Shown here: positions 9,934-20,601 of the stretch, piece after piece
How the letters are laid out: each line of letters starts with the position of its first letter
How positions within the stretch are numbered: the first letter of the stretch is position 1
NCBI GenBank assembly: GCA_965366625.1
Contig: CBDUGP010000003.1
Location: 50,549 to 114,548, forward strand
DNA: 64,000 nt
Direction: 5' to 3'
Source of the DNA: an uncultured bacterium
GTDB taxonomy: Bacteria > Acidobacteriota > Thermoanaerobaculia > Multivoradales > J023
Notes under the pieces: generated by a model
What the model saw: the letters and a program-made list of their open reading frames with translations, nothing else
Told to the model about the DNA's origin: nothing
The model's database searches: none
Translations under genes and position numbers: made by a program

Positions 9934-10665
9934 ATGTTGGATCTTCCCAATCGACGGCAAGTTTTTGGCTTCCATCCTGTCCGTGAGCTGCTTCGGCATC
10001 GACCCCAAGAGGTTCTTGAGGTCGTTTGTAGCGCGCAGCGAGGCAAGCGCCGATCCGAGATCGAAGCCCTGTGTGAACGGCACGGTGTTGGGTTCAGGCC
10101 GGTGCCGGCCACTCAGTTGGACCAAATGGCCGCCGGGCAAACCCATAATGGTTTTGTCGCCGCCGCCGCCGAACAAGCATCGGCGACTCCGAATGGGCCG
10201 GATTCAGAGCTTCTAGTTTTGGTCGAGGATATCCAAGATGCTCGAAACCTAGGGGCTTTGCTGCGGGTTTGCGAAGGTGCCGGGGTGGGCAATGTGATGA
10301 TTCGTGATCGAGGCTCCGCTCCATTGACGGCCGGTGCGATCAAGACCTCTGCCGGAGCGGCAGAATGGCAATCCTTCGAACGAATAACCAATTCTTCGCT
10401 GGAGATAGAACGCCTGAAGGCCGAAGGTTTTTGGGTCTACGGGGCGGACGCCGCCGGCAAGCCTCCGTGGGAGATCGAGCTGACGGGCAAGGTGTTGTTC
10501 TGCGTCGGCGGCGAGTCCGGCGGCCTACGGGAGCGGACGCGAAAAAATTGCGACGAGCTGGTGGGTCTGCCCATGCGTGGTCGGGTCGGATCTCTCAACC
10601 TCGCAACCGCAGCCGCTGCGCTGCTCTATGAGGCAATTCGCCAGCGTTCAATCAGCTCCCAATGA
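9934..10665 (+). CDS. rlmB: TrmH/SpoU-family RNA 2'-O-methyltransferase (RlmB-like)
   Basis: SpoU substrate-binding N-domain and SPOUT motifs (LVLVEDIQDARNLGALLR ... GGESGGL ... GSLNLATAAAALLYE). Confidence 0.7.
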   Translation: MLDLPNRRQVFGFHPVRELLRHRPQEVLEVVCSAQRGKRRSEIEALCERHGVGFRPVPATQLDQMAAGQTHNGFVAAAAEQASATPNGPDSELLVLVEDIQDARNLGALLRVCEGAGVGNVMIRDRGSAPLTAGAIKTSAGAAEWQSFERITNSSLEIERLKAEGFWVYGADAAGKPPWEIELTGKVLFCVGGESGGLRERTRKNCDELVGLPMRGRVGSLNLATAAAALLYEAIRQRSISSQ

Positions 10666-10733
10666 TCCGTTGCCCACCGCCGACCGTGTAGCCGTAGCCG
10701 GTGGAAAGCGTTGAAAAAAGATCAGAAAACGCC

Positions 10734-10762
10734 TTGCGTACCCAAGGCAAGCTGGTTACAAT
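10734..10762 (+). promoter_or_regulatory. sigma70-type promoter for tRNA-tuf transcription unit (TTGCGT-N17-TACAAT) with GC-rich discriminator
   Basis: good -35/-10 with 17-nt spacing ~80 nt upstream of first tRNA; GC-rich stretch after -10 typical of stringently controlled stable-RNA promoters. Confidence 0.5.
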
Positions 10763-10843
10763 CCGTCCTCCGCCGGGCGCTGCATCGTAGCGTGACAGGT
10801 GCGACCGCGAAAGCTCTGGGTGGCAACACCTGCCGACGGACTG

Positions 10844-10919
<76 letters not shown>

Positions 10920-10957
10920 TCAGTCGGTGATTCCCCGGAATTGCGGGAAGATTTCGT

Positions 10958-11043
10958 GGAGGTGTGGCCGAGTGGACAAAGGCAGCAGACTGTAAATCTG
11001 CCCGCGAATGCGTACGGTGGTTCGAATCCACCCGCCTCCACCA
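10958..11043 (+). tRNA. tRNA-Tyr (anticodon GTA)
   Basis: 86-nt with long variable arm; anticodon loop ACTGTAAATC; TTCGAAT T-loop; encoded CCA. Confidence 0.9.
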
Positions 11044-11094
11044 ATAATTTCAAGCGGCTGCCAGCCGTCGACGGCTGGTTGGATTGGCCGAAAT

Positions 11095-11169
11095 GCGGGA
11101 GTAACTCAGGGGTAGAGTCACAGCCTTCCAAGCTGTTGGTCGCGGGTTCGAATCCCGTCTCCCGCTCCA
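11095..11169 (+). tRNA. tRNA-Gly (anticodon TCC)
   Basis: 75-nt GCGGGAGTAACTCAGGGGTAGAG...; anticodon loop CTTCCAA; TTCGAAT T-loop; encoded CCA. Confidence 0.9.
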
Positions 11170-11377
11170 TCTTTGCGAGTTAGAGGCGAGCTGGCGATAG
11201 CCCGTTCGCAGCTCACCGTAGACATGCGCGGCACTCTTTTGGTAGGGTCGCCGCCCTCTGCGTAGCTGTGAACTCAACGGCGTCGGTTTAGCCCGACTCT
11301 CCACAGAGTTCACGATTTGAAGAAAGTTTTCGGTAAGGCACGGCGTAGCCGTCCACCGGAGAGGTGTCAAGTTTCAA

Positions 11378-11452
<75 letters not shown>

Positions 11453-11551
11453 TGAAACTCTAGGTCGATCTACCTAGGAACCCTGTTTAGAACACCATCC
11501 CGAGCGATCCATGTAATTGTGGTGCCGCTCTTGAGGAGGCGTCTGAAGGTC

Positions 11552-12736
11552 ATGGCCAAAGAAAAGTTCGAGCGGAATAAGCCGCACGTCAACATCGGTA
11601 CTATTGGTCACGTCGACCACGGAAAGACCACCCTGACCGCTGCGATCACCAAGGTGCTCGCAGACAAAGGTCTGGCTGACTTTACCGCGTTCGACAACAT
11701 CGATAAGGCGCCGGAAGAGCGTGAGCGTGGAATTACGATCGCCACGGCCCATGTGGAGTATGAGACGGAAAACCGTCACTATGCCCACGTGGATTGCCCG
11801 GGCCACGCCGACTACGTGAAGAACATGATCACCGGTGCCGCCCAGATGGACGGCGCGATCCTGGTCGTGTCTGCCGCGGACGGTCCAATGCCGCAGACCC
11901 GCGAGCACATCTTGTTGGCTCGCCAGGTCGGTGTTCCGGCGTTGGTTGTGTTCATGAACAAATGCGACATGGTCGACGATGAGGAGTTGTTGGAGCTGGT
12001 GGAGATGGAGCTGCGTGAGCTGCTGTCGTCTTACGAGTATCCCGGCGACGATATCCCGGTGATTCGCGGCTCGGCGCTCAACGCGCTGAACGGCGAGGGT
12101 GATTGGGACAACAACATCATGGAACTCATGGGTGCAGTCGACGACTACATTCCAGAGCCCGAGCGTGTGTTGGATCAAGACTTCCTGATGCCGATCGAGG
12201 ATATCTTCTCGATTCAGGGTCGCGGTACGGTAGTTACGGGTCGCATCGAACGCGGCATCGTCAAGGTCGGTGAGACGGTCGAAATCGTTGGAATCCGCGA
12301 CACGACGAAAACTACCGTGACCGGCGTCGAGATGTTCCGCAAGTTGCTGGACGAGGGTCGCGCAGGCGACAATGTCGGCATCTTGCTGCGTGGCACGAAG
12401 AAAGACGACGTGGAACGTGGGCAAGTGCTCGCGAAGCCGGGTTCGATCAATCCTCACACGAAGTTCAAGGGCGAGGTGTACGTGCTGACGAAGGAAGAGG
12501 GTGGTCGTCACACTCCGTTCTTCAACGGCTATCGTCCCCAGTTCTATTTCCGCACGACAGATGTGACGGGTTCTTCGGCTTTGCCCGAAGGCACCGAGAT
12601 GGTGATGCCCGGAGACAACGTAAATATGTCGGTGGAGCTGATCGCTCCAATCGCAATGGAGAAGGGTGTTCGCTTCGCCATTCGCGAGGGTGGTCGCACC
12701 ATCGGTGCGGGCACTGTGACCGAGATCGTCGAATAA
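11552..12736 (+). CDS. tuf: elongation factor Tu (copy 1)
   Basis: 394-aa EF-Tu ([22 protein letters not shown]); ATG 11552; protein identical to copy 2 at 28944..30128. Confidence 0.95.
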   Translation: MAKEKFERNKPHVNIGTIGHVDHGKTTLTAAITKVLADKGLADFTAFDNIDKAPEERERGITIATAHVEYETENRHYAHVDCPGHADYVKNMITGAAQMDGAILVVSAADGPMPQTREHILLARQVGVPALVVFMNKCDMVDDEELLELVEMELRELLSSYEYPGDDIPVIRGSALNALNGEGDWDNNIMELMGAVDDYIPEPERVLDQDFLMPIEDIFSIQGRGTVVTGRIERGIVKVGETVEIVGIRDTTKTTVTGVEMFRKLLDEGRAGDNVGILLRGTKKDDVERGQVLAKPGSINPHTKFKGEVYVLTKEEGGRHTPFFNGYRPQFYFRTTDVTGSSALPEGTEMVMPGDNVNMSVELIAPIAMEKGVRFAIREGGRTIGAGTVTEIVE

Positions 12737-12838
12737 GGTTGACGCCTGAACCTCGACGTTTTTCCCGCTTCCGCGACATGGACGCGGTAAGCACGTGCCC
12801 GAGGGCTCCGATAGGACCTTCGGGCATCCAAGTTATGT

Positions 12839-12914
12839 ACGGCAGTAGCTCAATTGGTAGAGCACCGGTCTCCAAAACCGGCGGTTGCGGGTTCAAGTCC
12901 CTCCTGCCGTGCCA
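12839..12914 (+). tRNA. tRNA-Trp (anticodon CCA)
   Basis: 76-nt ACGGCAGTAGCTCAATTGGTAGAGC...; anticodon loop CTCCAAA; one C-U mismatch in T-stem; classic tuf-tRNATrp-secE-nusG arrangement. Confidence 0.8.
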
Positions 12915-12938
12915 ATTTCGACTTATGAAGTAGGTTCG

Positions 12939-13145
12939 ATGGAAAAGATCAAGTACTTCTTCAACGAATTTCTTCCCGAGGTGAAAGCCGAATGGAAGAA
13001 AGTCACCACTCCGAATGCACAAGAGGTCACCCAGACCACAATCGTAGTGGTGGTGACCAGCTTCATTTTCGCTGTTTACCTCTGGTTGGCGGATGCCGCC
13101 ATCCAGTGGACCTACGAGAAGTTGTTCCAGGTTTTAGGTCTGTAA
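12939..13145 (+). CDS. secE: preprotein translocase subunit SecE
   Basis: 68-aa single-TM protein (VTQTTIVVVVTSFIFAVYLWLADAAI); ATG 12939; ORF track start 12885 runs into tRNA-Trp. Confidence 0.85.
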   Translation: MEKIKYFFNEFLPEVKAEWKKVTTPNAQEVTQTTIVVVVTSFIFAVYLWLADAAIQWTYEKLFQVLGL

Positions 13146-13678
13146 TGTCCGCCAAGCAATGGTACATCGTCCACACGTACTCCGGATTCGAGGAGAGGGT
13201 GGGTGAAACGCTCAAACAGCGCGCAGAAGCGTTGGACATGGCGGATGCCTTTGGCGAGGTGAGGATTCCGACCGAGACCATCGTCGAACTCAAAGGTGGG
13301 AAAAAGCGCGAGACTCAGCGCAAATTTTTCCCAGGCTATATTCTCGTCGAAATGGAAATGTCCGACCCGGCCTGGCATGTGGTGAAGAACACCCCGAAGG
13401 TCACAGGTTTCGTAGGAACGGGTAAGAAGCCCACTCCCTTGACGCAGGAGGACGTTGATCGAATTCTCGATCAAGTCACCTCGGCAAAGGAGAAGCCGAA
13501 ACCCAAATACGTGTTTGAGAAAGGTGAGCCGGTCAAGATCATTGACGGTCCTTTCAGCAACTTTACTGGTGTCGTGGAAGAGGTAAATCTCGACCGCGAT
13601 ACGCTGAAAGTGATGGTTACGATCTTCGGACGCCAAACGCCGGTCGAGCTGAACTTCCTTCAAGTTGAGAAGCTCTGA
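13145..13678 (+). CDS. nusG: transcription termination/antitermination factor NusG
   Basis: NGN domain (WYIVHTYSGFEERV) and KOW (GEPVKIIDGPFSNFTGVVEEV); ATG overlaps secE stop (TAATG). Confidence 0.9.
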   Translation: MSAKQWYIVHTYSGFEERVGETLKQRAEALDMADAFGEVRIPTETIVELKGGKKRETQRKFFPGYILVEMEMSDPAWHVVKNTPKVTGFVGTGKKPTPLTQEDVDRILDQVTSAKEKPKPKYVFEKGEPVKIIDGPFSNFTGVVEEVNLDRDTLKVMVTIFGRQTPVELNFLQVEKL

Positions 13679-13744
13679 CCAGAGCTCTAACGGGAGGGGA
13701 TCCGGTTCATCCGAGATCTCCGTCTGTACCGAGAGAGGCAATTA

Positions 13745-14170
13745 ATGGCAAAGAAAGTCGTCGGACAAATTAAGTTGCAGATTCCCGGCGGCCAAGCAAC
13801 CCCAGCTCCGCCCGTGGGTCCGGCGTTGGGTCAGGCAGGAGTCAATATTATGGACTTCTGTAAGGCCTTTAACGCTCGTACCCAGGAACACATGGGCACG
13901 ATCATCCCGGTGGTTATCACGGTTTACGCTGACCGCACCTATTCTTTCATTACCAAAACACCGCCCGCGGCCGTGTTGTTGATGAAAGCGGCCGGGCTCC
14001 AGAAGGGGTCCGGAGTTCCCAACCGAAATAAGGTGGGTAAGGTGACGTCAGCGCAGGTCGAAGAAATCGCCAAGACCAAAATGCCCGATCTCAACGCAGC
14101 TTCTGTTGAAGCCGCGATGCGGACCATCGCTGGAACAGCTCGTTCCATGGGTCTAGAGGTCGAGGGCTGA
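13745..14170 (+). CDS. rplK: 50S ribosomal protein L11
   Basis: [27 protein letters not shown] signature. Confidence 0.92.
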   Translation: MAKKVVGQIKLQIPGGQATPAPPVGPALGQAGVNIMDFCKAFNARTQEHMGTIIPVVITVYADRTYSFITKTPPAAVLLMKAAGLQKGSGVPNRNKVGKVTSAQVEEIAKTKMPDLNAASVEAAMRTIAGTARSMGLEVEG

Positions 14171-14185
14171 TCGGGGAGGTTTGGT

Positions 14186-14887
14186 ATGGCTAGGAAAACA
14201 AAAAATCATCGCAAGATAGCCGAAAAGGTGGAAGACCGTCCCTATGAGCTCGCGGAAGCGATCAAGCTCTTGCAAGACGTCAGCTACACCAAATTCGACC
14301 AGACCCTGGAGATCGCGCTCAATTTGGGTGTCGATCCAAAGCATGCGGACCAAATGGTCCGCGGAACGGTCGTTCTACCCCACGGCACAGGCCGCACGGT
14401 CCGCATCTTAGTTTTCGCCAGTGGCGAAAAAATCAAAGAAGCGGAAGAGGCCGGCGCCGATCACGTGGGTGGTGACGACTTGGCAAAGAAAATCCAGGAT
14501 GGTTGGGTCGATTTCGACGCGGTTATCGCGACCCCCGACATGATGCGGGTGGTCGGTCGACTTGGCAGAGTCCTCGGTCCACGTGGTTTGATGCCCAATC
14601 CAAAATCGGGCACCGTGACCATGGATGTGACCAAGGCGATCAACGACATCAAGGCCGGTAAAGTGGAGTTCCGGGTCGATAAGGCCGGTGTCCTCCACGC
14701 CCCCTTGGGCAAGCTTTCCTTCGACGCGGATAAGCTCCATGCGAACACAGTGAGTCTGGTACAAGCAGTGATGCGCGCCAAACCCGCTGTGGCCAAGGGC
14801 AAATATGTTCAAGGCGTGAGCATCTCCTCTACTATGGGGCCGGGTCTCAGGTTGGACGAAACTGTCCTACAGAGCCTGGAGGCATAG
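14186..14887 (+). CDS. rplA: 50S ribosomal protein L1
   Basis: 233-aa L1 family ([24 protein letters not shown]...). Confidence 0.92.
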   Translation: MARKTKNHRKIAEKVEDRPYELAEAIKLLQDVSYTKFDQTLEIALNLGVDPKHADQMVRGTVVLPHGTGRTVRILVFASGEKIKEAEEAGADHVGGDDLAKKIQDGWVDFDAVIATPDMMRVVGRLGRVLGPRGLMPNPKSGTVTMDVTKAINDIKAGKVEFRVDKAGVLHAPLGKLSFDADKLHANTVSLVQAVMRAKPAVAKGKYVQGVSISSTMGPGLRLDETVLQSLEA

Positions 14888-14891
14888 CACC

Positions 14892-15413
14892 ATGGCAACT
14901 AGAAGCGAAAAGCAAGCGACGATCGAGAGCTATCAAGAAGGTATGGCCTCTGCGCCTCATGCATTCTTGGTCAGCTTCAAGGGCATTACGGTGCCTCAAG
15001 TGACGGAGCTTCGGGACAAGATCCGTGAAAGTGGCGGCAAATATGAGGTGGTCAAAAACACCTTGGCTTTGCGCGCGGTCGAGGGTAAAGGCCTCGAGCA
15101 CTTCAAAGACGAGTTCACGGGTCCCACGGCTGTGGCGTATATCGGAGACGATCCGGTGGCCTTGGCCAAGGCGTTGACCACGTTCCGCAAGGAAGCGCCG
15201 GTCATCGAGTTCAAGGGCGGCTTAGTCGACGGTAAACCCGTCAGCCCCGACGACCTTGAAGATATTGCCAACCTGCCGAGCCGTGAGGAGCTGATCGCCA
15301 AGCTGCTGTTCCTCCTGCAGTCGCCGATCACCAATATGGTCCGCACCTTGGCTGCGATTCCCAAGGGATTCGTGGTGGTGCTCGATCAGATCGCGCAACA
15401 AAAGGAAAGTTGA
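14892..15413 (+). CDS. rplJ: 50S ribosomal protein L10
   Basis: 173-aa L10; starts 4 nt after rplA stop with no intervening L10 leader. Confidence 0.9.
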   Translation: MATRSEKQATIESYQEGMASAPHAFLVSFKGITVPQVTELRDKIRESGGKYEVVKNTLALRAVEGKGLEHFKDEFTGPTAVAYIGDDPVALAKALTTFRKEAPVIEFKGGLVDGKPVSPDDLEDIANLPSREELIAKLLFLLQSPITNMVRTLAAIPKGFVVVLDQIAQQKES

Positions 15414-15530
15414 GCACGAGTTCGGACCCACACACCGTCCTGACACTGTCTGCAATGTCGGCTTGCGCCGATTTCAAGATTGATACGAGACAAGAAGATT
15501 TCGAAGACCGCCTTTCAAGGAGTAGAAGAC

Positions 15531-15908
15531 ATGGCCATCGTGACCGAAGACTTCATCAAGCAAATCGACGAGATGACCGTTCTCGAGCTGAACAATCTCG
15601 TCAAGGCCCTGGAAGATCACTACGGCGTCTCTGCCGCAGCGGTCGCTGTTGCTGCCGGCCCTGCCGGTGGTGGTGGTGATGCCGCCGCGGAAGAGCAGAC
15701 CGAATTCGACGTGGTCATGACCTCGTTCGGTGACAAGAAAATCAACGTCATCAAAGTGGTCCGTTCGATCACCAGCCTTGGCCTGAAAGAGGCTAAGGAA
15801 CTCGTCGAGGGTGTGCCTTCCCCGATCAAGGAAGGTGCCACCAAAGAAGAAGCCGAAGACATCAAGAAGCAGCTTGAAGAAGCCGGCGCTCAAGTCGAGC
15901 TCAAGTAA
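15531..15908 (+). CDS. rplL: 50S ribosomal protein L7/L12
   Basis: N-terminal dimerization domain, Ala/Gly hinge, C-terminal [20 protein letters not shown] domain; ATG 15531. Confidence 0.92.
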   Translation: MAIVTEDFIKQIDEMTVLELNNLVKALEDHYGVSAAAVAVAAGPAGGGGDAAAEEQTEFDVVMTSFGDKKINVIKVVRSITSLGLKEAKELVEGVPSPIKEGATKEEAEDIKKQLEEAGAQVELK

Positions 15909-15930
15909 TTCGGTTTTCCGCACATGCTCG

Positions 15931-15963
15931 ACCACCCTTGAAAAGGGTGGTAAGCTGTTTTTT
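15931..15963 (+). terminator. candidate partial terminator/attenuator between rplL and rpoB
   Basis: hairpin ACCACCC-TTGAAAA-GGGTGGT followed 5 nt later by TTTTTT; 408-nt rplL-rpoB spacer, position analogous to the E. coli rplL-rpoB attenuator. Confidence 0.4.
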
Positions 15964-16316
15964 GAGGCCGTCCTCCATCGGGGCGGTCTCTTTCGAGCAT
16001 TGCGAGACACCGAAACGACCATGTTCCTCAAAACCGCGGCATTGCCGCGGGAGGGACATGGTGTCTTCTATTCTGGAAAGCCGATAGCCACCTACATGCA
16101 TAGTCGCCCCCGAAGAAGGTGAGCTCTTGAAGGATCGCAGCCTCGACTGCCTGGCTAGGTGGGTGAGGACTCGGCAAATGCCCTGCCCACCCTACGAGCT
16201 ATTGACTACAGCACTCCGCCCGAGTCCGGTGAAGGATGACTCGCCGAGTCGTCCCAGGTTTATTCCTACCCGTCCAAGCGGCGCCAAGCTCTTGCCGAAA
16301 GGAGCGTAGAGATTCT

Positions 16317-19300
16317 ATGAGCGAAGGGATCCAAACGCCAATCGCGCCACGCGAAGACTTCTCGCAGATTGAGACCACCCTGCCGATCCCAAATTTGATC
16401 GACGTGCAGCGGCGGTCTTATGAGCGTTTTCTGCAGATGAACCTGTTGCCCGAAGAACGGGGCAACCATGGTCTGCAAGCAGTCTTTACCAGCATCTTCC
16501 CCTTCTCTGATTTCCGGGAGACCTGTTCCCTGGATTTCGTGAAATACACTATCGGTGATTGGCAATGCAAATGCGGAACCCTGCAAGGTCTCGAATACCT
16601 GCGCATGGATTGTTCCAATTGCGGAGCCAAGATCATGACCGACCATCCTCTGGAAGAGGTCGTGTCGTGTCCTGAATGTGGTGCCGACAACAAGAATCGC
16701 GTCGTCCGCTGTGACATCTGTGGCGGCCCTGTCGAGCTACAGTTGAAGTACTCGATTTCGGAATGCCAAGAGCGTGGAATGACCTTCGCGGTGCCGCTCA
16801 AGGTGACATTCCGGCTCTTTGTTTACGACAAGGATCCGGAGACCGGAACGCGCATGATGCGCGATGCGAAAGAAGAAGAGGTCTACTTCGGTGAAATCCC
16901 GTTGATGACCGAGTACGGCACCTTCGTCATCAACGGTACTGAGCGGGTGATCGTCAGTCAGCTACACCGTAGCCCGGGCGTTTTCTTCACCAAGGACGGT
17001 AAGCGCACCTTCCTATCTAAAATTATTCCTTACCGCGGGTCTTGGGTCGAATTCGAATACGACCAAAAAGAGGTGCTTTCGGTCCGTATCGACCGCAAGC
17101 GCAAATTCCACGGCACGGTTTTCCTGCGGGCGTTGGGCCTCGAGTCCAACGAGGCAATTCTGCGCCAATTCTATGTCTCGGTGGGTTTGTCGATCCTAGG
17201 TGAGGGCCGGTACAAGCTCAACGCACCCTTCAAGGTTATCGAGCAAGAGCGTTTGCGTGATCGCTCCAGTCGCGGTGTCCGTCGCCACTACCAAATCTTT
17301 GCCGGAATTTCGATTCCGAAGGAGAAGGCGGATGAGATGGGCGCCGAGGACAACATCGAGCAAGACGTCTCCATGGCGGAACTCGAAAGGGCCTATTTCA
17401 TCGCTGACGTGGTGGACTTGGAGACCGGTGAAATTCTCTTCGAGGCCAACGATCTGGTCCCGGAAGATTTGGAGACTCGCCTCGACGGCCGTGACACCAC
17501 GGATCTGGAGGTCTTTTTCCCGGATTGGGAGCTGACCGGCAATCTCTTGACCAACACCTTGACCAAGGATCAAACGCGGAATTCCAAAGAAGCGTTGATG
17601 GAGATTTATCGCCGGATGCGTCCCGGAGATCCTCCTACCCTTGAGAGTGCTCGGTCACTGTTCTACGGCATGTTCTTCGATGCCAAGCGCTACGACTTCT
17701 CGCGTGTCGGCCGGTTCAAGTTCAACATTAAGCTCGACACCGAAGTTCCGGTGGAGCAGAAGACCCTCTCTGCCGACGACTTCTACCGTGTGATCGAGTA
17801 CTTGCTCCGACTGCACAAAGACATCGGCCGGGTCGACGACATCGACAACCTCGGTAACCGTCGTGTTCGAGCCGTGGGTGAGCTGTTGGAGAACCAATTC
17901 CGCATTGGTCTGGTTCGCATGGAAAGGGCCATCAAGGAAAAGATGTCCGTGCATCAGGACATCGACTCCGCTATGCCTCACGATTTGATCAACTCTAAGC
18001 CGGTAATTGCCGCGATCAAAGAGTTCTTCGGCTCGTCGCAGCTGTCTCAGTTCATGGATCAGACCAATCCCTTGTCGGAGGTGACCCACAAACGCCGTCT
18101 CTCCGCTCTGGGACCGGGTGGTCTCTCCCGTGAGCGGGCCGGCTTCGAGGTGCGTGACGTTCACGCCTCCCACTACGGTCGAATCTGCCCGATTGAGACC
18201 CCTGAGGGACCGAACATCGGCTTGATTTCTTCCCTGGCAACCTTCGCTCGCATCAACGATTACGGCTTTATCGAGAGTCCGTATAAGTTGGTGCAAGGCG
18301 GCCGGGTCTTGGATCACTTCCGGGTGGTTCGTACCGGCGGCTCGAATAAGAGGTTGGGACAGGTGCTCACCGGTGACGACCTGAAAGAGGTCAACGGTCA
18401 GCTGAAGAAGGACGGCAAGCGGCTGATCGAGGTCGAGCCTCACGCCTTCTACCTGACCGCATGGGAAGAAGAGAAATACGTCATCGCTCAGGCGAATGCC
18501 ACCGTCGACGAAAACGGTTGGTTCCATGACGAGCGAGTGATCGCCCGGTCCGGGGGTGATTTCATCACCGTTGAACGCGAGCGCGTGGAATACATGGATA
18601 TCAGCCCGAAGCAGTTGGTTTCGGTGGCAGCGGCGCTGATTCCTTTCCTTGAGCATGATGACGCCAACCGGGCGCTCATGGGCTCCAACATGCAGCGCCA
18701 AGCCGTGCCTTTGTTGCGAAGTGACTCGCCGGTGGTAGGTACGGGGCTCGAAGGCACGGTAGCTCGGGATTCCGGTGCCGTGGTCAGCGTTCGTCGAGCG
18801 GGCATGGTCGATCTGGTCGACGCGGAGCGCATCATCGTGCGCGTCGAGGCCGAGGACGATCAAACCGGTGAGGCGAAGGACTTCGGTGCTGATATCTACC
18901 AGCTGACGAAGTTCCGTCGGTCGAACCAAAACACTTGCATCAACCAAAAGCCCATCGTCAAAGAAGGGCAGAGGGTGAGCAAGGGTGATGTGCTGGCGGA
19001 CGGCCCCTGTACTGAACTCGGTGAACTCGCTCTGGGTCGCAACGTGCTGGTGGCGTTTATGCCTTGGCGTGGATACAACTTCGAGGATGCGATTTTGATC
19101 TCCGAGAAGATGGTCAAGGAGGACTACTACACCTCTATCCATATCGAGGAATTCGAAATTGAAGCTCGGGATACCAAGTTGGGACCGGAAGAAGTAACCC
19201 GCGACATCCCCAATGTGTCCGAGGCTGCGCTCAAGGACCTCGACGAGTCGGGTATCGTTCGGATCGGCGCCAACGTCAAAGCGGGCGATATCTTGGTCGG

Positions 19301-20570
19301 CAAGGTCACGCCGAAGGGCGAGACCCAGCTGACGCCTGAAGAAAAGCTGTTGCGCGCCATCTTCGGTGAAAAAGCCGGTGACGTTCGCGACGCCTCCCTG
19401 AAGGTTCCGCCCGGCATCGATGGCACGGTAGTAGACGTCAAGATCTTCTCGCGCAAGGGCGTGGAGAAGGATCAACGTGCGCTCGAGATCGAGGATGCGG
19501 AAATCTCCCGGATGAAGAAAAACATCAAGGATGAGATTCGCATTCTGACCGAAGAGCGGAACAAGAAGATTCGCGACCTGCTCGACGGCCACGAAGCTAT
19601 GGCTGATGTGGTCAATCGGGACGGTGAGACCGTGCTTCAAAAAGGTGACAAGGTCAGCCATGACGCCTTGATGAAGCTAAATCGCCAAGAGATTCTTCGT
19701 CTGCCTCTCAAGGGCAACTCGGTCCACGAGCAGGTAGAGAAGGTCTATCGCAAGACCGACTCCCACATCGATGTCCTGCACAAGGTCAACGAGGAACGGG
19801 TGGCGCTGTTGCAAAAAGGCGACGAGCTACCCCCGGGCGTGATCAAGTTGGTGAAAGTCTTCGTCGCCATGAAGCGTAAGCTCCAGGTGGGCGACAAGAT
19901 GGCCGGACGTCACGGTAACAAAGGTGTGATCTCGCGGATTCTTCCCGAGGAAGACATGCCTTACCTGCCCGACGGCACGCCAGTAGAGATCGTGCTCAAC
20001 CCCTTGGGTGTTCCCAGTCGTATGAACGTTGGGCAGATCTTGGAAACCCATCTCGGTTGGGCGGGTATGGCCCTAGGGGTGAAATTCGCCACACCGGTCT
20101 TCGACGGCGCTAGCGAGGAATCCTTGAAGGGATTCTTGGTTCAAGCGGGTTTGCCGACTTCTGGAAAAACCCAGCTGTATGACGGCATGACCGGTGAGCA
20201 GCTGGAGAACCAAGTCACCGTCGGATACATCTATATGTTGAAGTTGTCTCATTTGGTAGACGACAAGATTCACGCTCGTTCCATCGGGCCGTACTCGTTG
20301 ATTACCCAGCAACCATTGGGCGGTAAAGCGCAATTCGGTGGTCAGCGTTTCGGTGAGATGGAGGTCTGGGCCCTAGAAGCCTACGGCGCGGCGTACACTC
20401 TTCAAGAGTTGCTCACCGTCAAATCGGATGATGTCGAAGGCCGTTCCAAGGTCTATGAGTCCATCGTGAAGGGAGCAGTTCCGGACGATCCGGGTCTCCC
20501 CGAATCGTTCAACGTGTTGGTACGTGAGCTTCAAAGCTTGTGCCTTGACGTCGAGCTCTTGCAGGCCTGA
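16317..20570 (+). CDS. rpoB: DNA-directed RNA polymerase subunit beta (with Cys-rich insertion near N-terminus)
   Basis: 1417-aa RpoB (ATG 16317, GGAG RBS); conserved blocks throughout; ~66-aa insertion with four CxxC/CxC pairs at residues ~82-147. Confidence 0.95.
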   Translation: MSEGIQTPIAPREDFSQIETTLPIPNLIDVQRRSYERFLQMNLLPEERGNHGLQAVFTSIFPFSDFRETCSLDFVKYTIGDWQCKCGTLQGLEYLRMDCSNCGAKIMTDHPLEEVVSCPECGADNKNRVVRCDICGGPVELQLKYSISECQERGMTFAVPLKVTFRLFVYDKDPETGTRMMRDAKEEEVYFGEIPLMTEYGTFVINGTERVIVSQLHRSPGVFFTKDGKRTFLSKIIPYRGSWVEFEYDQKEVLSVRIDRKRKFHGTVFLRALGLESNEAILRQFYVSVGLSILGEGRYKLNAPFKVIEQERLRDRSSRGVRRHYQIFAGISIPKEKADEMGAEDNIEQDVSMAELERAYFIADVVDLETGEILFEANDLVPEDLETRLDGRDTTDLEVFFPDWELTGNLLTNTLTKDQTRNSKEALMEIYRRMRPGDPPTLESARSLFYGMFFDAKRYDFSRVGRFKFNIKLDTEVPVEQKTLSADDFYRVIEYLLRLHKDIGRVDDIDNLGNRRVRAVGELLENQFRIGLVRMERAIKEKMSVHQDIDSAMPHDLINSKPVIAAIKEFFGSSQLSQFMDQTNPLSEVTHKRRLSALGPGGLSRERAGFEVRDVHASHYGRICPIETPEGPNIGLISSLATFARINDYGFIESPYKLVQGGRVLDHFRVVRTGGSNKRLGQVLTGDDLKEVNGQLKKDGKRLIEVEPHAFYLTAWEEEKYVIAQANATVDENGWFHDERVIARSGGDFITVERERVEYMDISPKQLVSVAAALIPFLEHDDANRALMGSNMQRQAVPLLRSDSPVVGTGLEGTVARDSGAVVSVRRAGMVDLVDAERIIVRVEAEDDQTGEAKDFGADIYQLTKFRRSNQNTCINQKPIVKEGQRVSKGDVLADGPCTELGELALGRNVLVAFMPWRGYNFEDAILISEKMVKEDYYTSIHIEEFEIEARDTKLGPEEVTRDIPNVSEAALKDLDESGIVRIGANVKAGDILVGKVTPKGETQLTPEEKLLRAIFGEKAGDVRDASLKVPPGIDGTVVDVKIFSRKGVEKDQRALEIEDAEISRMKKNIKDEIRILTEERNKKIRDLLDGHEAMADVVNRDGETVLQKGDKVSHDALMKLNRQEILRLPLKGNSVHEQVEKVYRKTDSHIDVLHKVNEERVALLQKGDELPPGVIKLVKVFVAMKRKLQVGDKMAGRHGNKGVISRILPEEDMPYLPDGTPVEIVLNPLGVPSRMNVGQILETHLGWAGMALGVKFATPVFDGASEESLKGFLVQAGLPTSGKTQLYDGMTGEQLENQVTVGYIYMLKLSHLVDDKIHARSIGPYSLITQQPLGGKAQFGGQRFGEMEVWALEAYGAAYTLQELLTVKSDDVEGRSKVYESIVKGAVPDDPGLPESFNVLVRELQSLCLDVELLQA

Positions 20571-20601
20571 TCCGGATATTCGAAAATCGAAGGAGGCACC
20601 T

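Noticed and set aside
11170-11377. 208-nt spacer between tRNA-Gly and tRNA-Thr(GGT) checked for an extra tRNA or small ORF
   Set aside because: No cloverleaf candidate (no GTTC T-loop with matching acceptor pair). Only an 8-bp dyad (GTGAACTC/GAGTTCAC). Likely processed spacer.
12885-12938. ORF-track N-terminal extension of secE starting at 12885
   Set aside because: The extension overlaps tRNA-Trp (12839..12914). ATG at 12939 yields the canonical 68-aa single-TM SecE.
17655-19661. 668-aa minus-strand ORF inside rpoB (and similar long antisense ORFs at 11474..12511, 28476..29903, 22138..22935, 23605..24825, 39482..40753, 63291..63863)
   Set aside because: All lie antisense to strongly supported conserved genes (rpoB, tuf, rpoC, secY, RfaE-like kinase). 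High GC suppresses stop codons on the opposite strand. No domains recognisable and no independent start/RBS support.
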